Translations under genes and position numbers: made by a program
Notes under the pieces: model-generated
Databases searched by the model: none
The model's input: the letters and a program-made list of their open reading frames with translations, nothing else
Told to the model about the DNA's origin: nothing
Source: an uncultured Aquimarina sp.
GTDB lineage: Bacteria > Bacteroidota > Bacteroidia > Flavobacteriales > Flavobacteriaceae
Direction of reading: 5' to 3'
NCBI GenBank assembly: GCA_938011245.1
Contig: CALLUJ010000002.1
Location: 28,888-92,887, forward strand
DNA length: 64,000 nt
Part shown: in pieces, positions 60,333 through 64,000 of the stretch
How the letters are laid out: each line of letters starts with the position of its first letter
Numbering within the stretch: position 1 is the stretch's first letter

Positions 60333-61775
60333 ATGAGTTCACTGAAATTTGGTCATAAAAAATTATACATAGATGGGGCTTTAGTTGAAGCATCCAACAA
60401 TAAAACATTTGAAGTAATTTCTCCTGCAGATGAAAAGCCAGTAGCAACAATTGCTTGGGCAACTAAAGAAGATACCAATAAAGCGTTAGAAGCGGCGCAA
60501 AAAGGATTTGAATCTTGGTCCAAGTTACCTTTAGAAGAAAGGCTAGAATGGATTGATAAATTACGTAATCAGATTATTAAAAACAGTGATTTGTTGCGAG
60601 AAAGTATTATGCATGAAATGGGTAAAACTTGGGAAGGCAGCGAAGAAGACATTACAAGTATAACGAACTCTTTAAAATTTTACTCAGAAGAAATTCAGAA
60701 GAAAAAGACTTTCGAAATAGCAGATAAAGAAGGAACACATTCACATCATATGTTGAGCCAGCCTTTAGGGGTAGCAGTTGCATTTTTAGCATATAACTTC
60801 CCCTTATTAAATTTAGGATTTAAATTAGGTCCAGCCTTAGCTTCAGGTTGTAGCGTTGTGTTAAAACCATCCGAATTTTCACCAATTTCTGCTCATATTA
60901 TAGGAGAATTAGCTGCGGAAATTAATTTCCCTAAAGGGGTAATAACAGTACTCTCTGGAGATGTACATGAGGTAGGGATTCCTTTATGCGAAAGTACTAT
61001 ACCAAGATTAATTACTATGATTGGCTCTACGCAAACCGCTCAAAAACTAATAGCACAAAGTAGTAAAACTTCAATAAAAAGATACAGTATGGAGTGTGGT
61101 GGTAATGCACCGTTTATTGTATGCGAAGATGCCGATTTAGATTTAGCAATTGAAATAGGAGCCGCTTTGAAACTAGGAAACTCAGGTCAAATATGTGTAG
61201 CTCCAAATCGTTTTTATATTCACGAATCGGTTATCGATGTCTTTTTAGCAGGAATGAAACAGAAGTTTGAAAAGGCTAAAATTGGATTTGGTAGAGAAAA
61301 CAAACCAGATATGGGACCATTAGCAAATAAACCTTCTGTATCTAAAGTCCATGGAATTGTTAAAGAAGCGGTAAACCAAGGAGGGAAAGTGTTAACAGGA
61401 GGATCTCCAATAAACCAACCGGGGTACTACTTTGAGCCTACGTTAATAAAGTTAACAGATGCAAACGCAGAAATTTTACAACACGAAGTTTTTGGACCTG
61501 TAGCAATTGCTGCTACATTTACAAATAAAGAAGAAGTATTAGAATTAGCGAATAGTGTAGATGCAGGATTAGCTTCTTATGTATTCTCTCAAGACGATGC
61601 TACTATTGATTTCTTTACAGAAAATTTAGAATTTGGAGAAGTACAAGTAAATGGAGTAAAATACGATATATACCTTCCTCATTTAGGAGTTAAAAATGCA
61701 GGTATTGGAATGGATTGTTCCGAATTTGCTTTAGACGATTATTTAGTTAAAAAAAGAGTTACTAAAAAGTTATAA
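60333..61775 (+). CDS. NAD(P)-dependent aldehyde dehydrogenase, probable 3,6-anhydro-galactose dehydrogenase (DauA-like)
   Basis: YNFP, LKPSE, MECGGNAP, catalytic GQICVAP, EVFGP; operon context. Confidence 0.8.
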   Translation: MSSLKFGHKKLYIDGALVEASNNKTFEVISPADEKPVATIAWATKEDTNKALEAAQKGFESWSKLPLEERLEWIDKLRNQIIKNSDLLRESIMHEMGKTWEGSEEDITSITNSLKFYSEEIQKKKTFEIADKEGTHSHHMLSQPLGVAVAFLAYNFPLLNLGFKLGPALASGCSVVLKPSEFSPISAHIIGELAAEINFPKGVITVLSGDVHEVGIPLCESTIPRLITMIGSTQTAQKLIAQSSKTSIKRYSMECGGNAPFIVCEDADLDLAIEIGAALKLGNSGQICVAPNRFYIHESVIDVFLAGMKQKFEKAKIGFGRENKPDMGPLANKPSVSKVHGIVKEAVNQGGKVLTGGSPINQPGYYFEPTLIKLTDANAEILQHEVFGPVAIAATFTNKEEVLELANSVDAGLASYVFSQDDATIDFFTENLEFGEVQVNGVKYDIYLPHLGVKNAGIGMDCSEFALDDYLVKKRVTKKL

Positions 61776-62725
61776 TGAGTATTCCAAAGCAATTTATTAG
61801 TTGTGATTGGGGAACTTCTAATTTTCGAGTTCGTTTAATCGATACAGAAACTTTAGAAATTATCTCAGAACACAAGACAGAAGTAGGAGTAAAAAAGCTT
61901 TTTACCGATTTTTCTAATCAAAAAGAAATTAATAGGAACCAATTTTTTGGTTCCTATTTGTTAGAACAAATCAAAAAACTGAATATTGAAGCTAAGGGAA
62001 AGAAAACAATTATTGCTTCGGGGATGATCTCTTCATCTATAGGAATGCATGAATTACCTTACGCCGAAATGCCTTTCGGTTTCCAAGGAAAAGAACTAAT
62101 TAGTAAACATATAGACCTTAACGAAGAATTTGAAATTTATATAATTTCAGGAACTAAAACTGTTGCCGATGTAATGCGTGGTGAGGAAATTCAAGCTATT
62201 GGGTTATCTAGTGTTTTACCACAAAACCAATCGGGATTATTAGTTTTACCAGGTACCCATAGTAAACATATAACATTTAATAATGGTGTGTTTGAAAACT
62301 TCACAACGTTTATGACGGGTGAACTTTTTGATATTATTAGCAAGGAAAGTATTTTATCTAATTCTGTTACTCACGCTTCGTGGAATAGCTTGTTAAAAAC
62401 ACCTTTTTTAGAAGGAGTCGCTAAAGGGGTTGCAAATCAACAAATGGCTTCATTTTTTTCAATAAGAGCAAATAGTTTGTTTGAAACAAAAAGTAATGAA
62501 GAAAATTTTTATTTTTTATCGGGTCTACTAATAGGCGGGGAAATCTCCAGTTTAAAAAACTTTGACGGAGTAATTTACCTTTCGGCATCAGGTGTTTTAA
62601 ATGAGCTATATAGATTAGCACTTAATTCGTTTTTGCCAAAAGAAAAGCTAGTATGCTTCGAAGAAAGCCATATAGAAAAAGCATTATTAATAGGACAAAA
62701 AGCAATATTAAAAACATATGAATAA
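61775..62725 (+). CDS. dgoK: 2-dehydro-3-deoxygalactonokinase
   Basis: CDWGTSNFR, SGMISS, DVMRGEE, LPGTHSKH, TFMTGELF. Confidence 0.9.
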   Translation: MSIPKQFISCDWGTSNFRVRLIDTETLEIISEHKTEVGVKKLFTDFSNQKEINRNQFFGSYLLEQIKKLNIEAKGKKTIIASGMISSSIGMHELPYAEMPFGFQGKELISKHIDLNEEFEIYIISGTKTVADVMRGEEIQAIGLSSVLPQNQSGLLVLPGTHSKHITFNNGVFENFTTFMTGELFDIISKESILSNSVTHASWNSLLKTPFLEGVAKGVANQQMASFFSIRANSLFETKSNEENFYFLSGLLIGGEISSLKNFDGVIYLSASGVLNELYRLALNSFLPKEKLVCFEESHIEKALLIGQKAILKTYE

Positions 62726-63353
62726 TCAAGTATTTTCATGGGATAAATTTAATGCAAATCCAGTGGTTGGAATCCTTAGAGGATTTTCTATAGCTACCGT
62801 TTTAGAAATTATTCCAGTATATCTAAAAAGTGGATTTTATACAGTAGAAGTAACTATGAATTCCCCTAATGTAGAAGAAACTATAGCAGCCATAGTAAAA
62901 GAATTTCCAGAAATGAATGTAGGGGCAGGTACCGTTTGTAATATGAATGATTTGAAAAGAGCGTTAAAAGCAGGATCTCAATTTATTGTTACCCCTATAT
63001 TAGACGAAGAAGTAATTAAGTATTGTGTAGATAATGGAATACCTGTTTTTCCAGGAGCATACACACCGTCAGAAATATATAAAGCATGGAGTTTAGGCGC
63101 TAATGCGGTTAAAATATTTCCAGCAACCCAATTAGGTATTAAGTATATTAAAGATATTTCAGGACCGTTAAATGAAATTAAAGTACTTCCTACAGGAGGA
63201 GTTTCCAAGGATAATATTGGAGAATTTTTTAAAATAGGATGCGTTGGAGTAGGAATGGGAGGTTCTTTGTTTGATAAAACCTTAATTAATTCAGGAAATT
63301 TAGAAGCTTTAGCCACTCATTTCGAAGCGGTAAAAATAGCAAAAGATAATTAA
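62718..63353 (+). CDS. 2-dehydro-3-deoxy-6-phospho-galactonate/gluconate aldolase
   Basis: VGILRG, EVTM, GAGTV, FIVTP, PGAYTPSE, VKIFPA, PTGGV. Confidence 0.9.
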   Translation: MNNQVFSWDKFNANPVVGILRGFSIATVLEIIPVYLKSGFYTVEVTMNSPNVEETIAAIVKEFPEMNVGAGTVCNMNDLKRALKAGSQFIVTPILDEEVIKYCVDNGIPVFPGAYTPSEIYKAWSLGANAVKIFPATQLGIKYIKDISGPLNEIKVLPTGGVSKDNIGEFFKIGCVGVGMGGSLFDKTLINSGNLEALATHFEAVKIAKDN

Positions 63354-63370
63354 ACTAAAAGTTAGTTAAG

Positions 63371-63409
63371 ATGCAGATACGTTTTAGTGATTAAAAAAGG
63401 TATCTGCAT
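63371..63409 (+). terminator. Hairpin after aldolase gene
   Basis: ATGCAGATAC...GTATCTGCAT stem; weak U tract. Confidence 0.6.
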
Positions 63410-63755
63410 TATAAATTTGTAGATATAAAATACTGTTTACAGCTTTTCTGAATTTTCACAAAATTAATAGTTAAACTTTTTGTGTTTTTAAGAATTATAA
63501 GGAGGAATTTAAAATGCTACAATAGCCAAATACAATACAAATTAAGGAAAACGTTTGAGTAATTTGTGTGTCTAAATATTAAAAGAAGTAATGCTTTAAT
63601 TTAGAGGCTGTAAATAAATATAAAAAGGTAAAACTATATCGGGATTATCTTGTTTTAAAAAAATAAGATAGAACTACGGAGACAAAGGTATATGTTGCTA
63701 TATGTAAGCATTCAAAAAATAAAATAGATAGAAGATATTTTAAAAAGTCTAAAAA

Positions 63756-64000
63756 ATGAAAAAAATAGTTTTTACCATTTTGGGGATTACCTTATTAAGT
63801 GTTAATAGCTTGTTTTCGCAACACGATTGGGAAAATGAATTAGTTTTTGAAAAGAATAAAATGGCAGCAAGAACAGCGTCCTATTCTTTTTATAATACGA
63901 AAGATGCCATAGAAGGAAATCGTGAAAAGTCAAGATTTCAATCGTTAAATGGAACATGGAAATTTAATTTTGTCCCTAAAACTTCCGAAAGACCAACTAA
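63756..64000 (+). CDS. GH2 beta-galactosidase-like protein, 5' part (runs off window)
   Basis: Hand translation MKKIVFTILGITLLSVNSLFSQHDWENELVFEKNKMAAR...SLNGTWKFNFVP; DWEN and SLNGxWKF are typical of the LacZ-type GH2 N-terminus. Confidence 0.85.
   Translation, partial: MKKIVFTILGITLLSVNSLFSQHDWENELVFEKNKMAARTASYSFYNTKDAIEGNREKSRFQSLNGTWKFNFVPKTSERPT

Noticed and set aside
453-63316. Many short ORFs in the supplied track overlapping real genes on the opposite strand or in another frame (e.g. 453-746, 832-1014, 2532-2729, 4316-4636, 5519-5782, 14684-14980, 17012-17335, 24206-24493, 36689-37222, 37537-37770, 40835-41257, 56472-56795, 62978-63316)
   Set aside because: They shadow well-supported genes, show the Ser/Ile/Phe-rich composition typical of antisense frames and carry no recognisable motifs.
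1-64000. CRISPR array, integrase, intact transposase, prophage or defence island
   Set aside because: No regularly spaced repeat-spacer array and no such proteins among the ORFs; the phased repeats have only two units each.

Overview
AT-rich chromosomal window from a Bacteroidota bacterium, most likely a marine Flavobacteriaceae. Support: TAnnTTTG -7 promoters, T9SS cargo/PorP/OmpA genes and Flavobacteria-type gene order; no genus can be assigned from sequence alone. Bases 1-13.5 kb are the core tRNA(Tyr,Gly,Thr)-tuf-tRNA(Trp)-secE-nusG-rplKAJL-rpoBC-DUF3467 cluster. Then come prfC, a type-B T9SS adhesin/PorP-SprF/OmpA-PD40 trio and a long housekeeping stretch: idi, LuxE-like, LysM-BON, hemB, DM13 lipoprotein plus beta-barrel, CNNM, serine hydrolase, exonuclease, ABC ATPase, Prx6, clpB, smpB, tilS, dsbD, accA, dnaB, AlsT, K+ channel, gpx, hisS, lptB, tatC, recQ. 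The window ends at the start of an algal-galactan locus: cycloisomerase-dehydrogenase-KDGal kinase-aldolase (the carrageenan dau gene order) plus a partial GH2. I saw no intact mobile element, prophage or CRISPR array. The most interesting unexplained signals are intergenic: (1) a sigma54-like promoter just after clpB that could drive a ~70-nt C-free AGUU-repeat small RNA; (2) a matching sigma54-like promoter with paired GAC-N5-GTC boxes before clpB; (3) three 21-bp-phased direct-repeat sites, one preceding a 51-aa ORF absent from the ORF track; (4) an ECF-type promoter before a DM13 lipoprotein/beta-barrel pair; (5) IS200/IS605-end-like hairpins; (6) a RecQ without its zinc cysteines and a T9SS-type protein without its sorting domain. 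All family assignments come from motif recognition by eye, not database searches.
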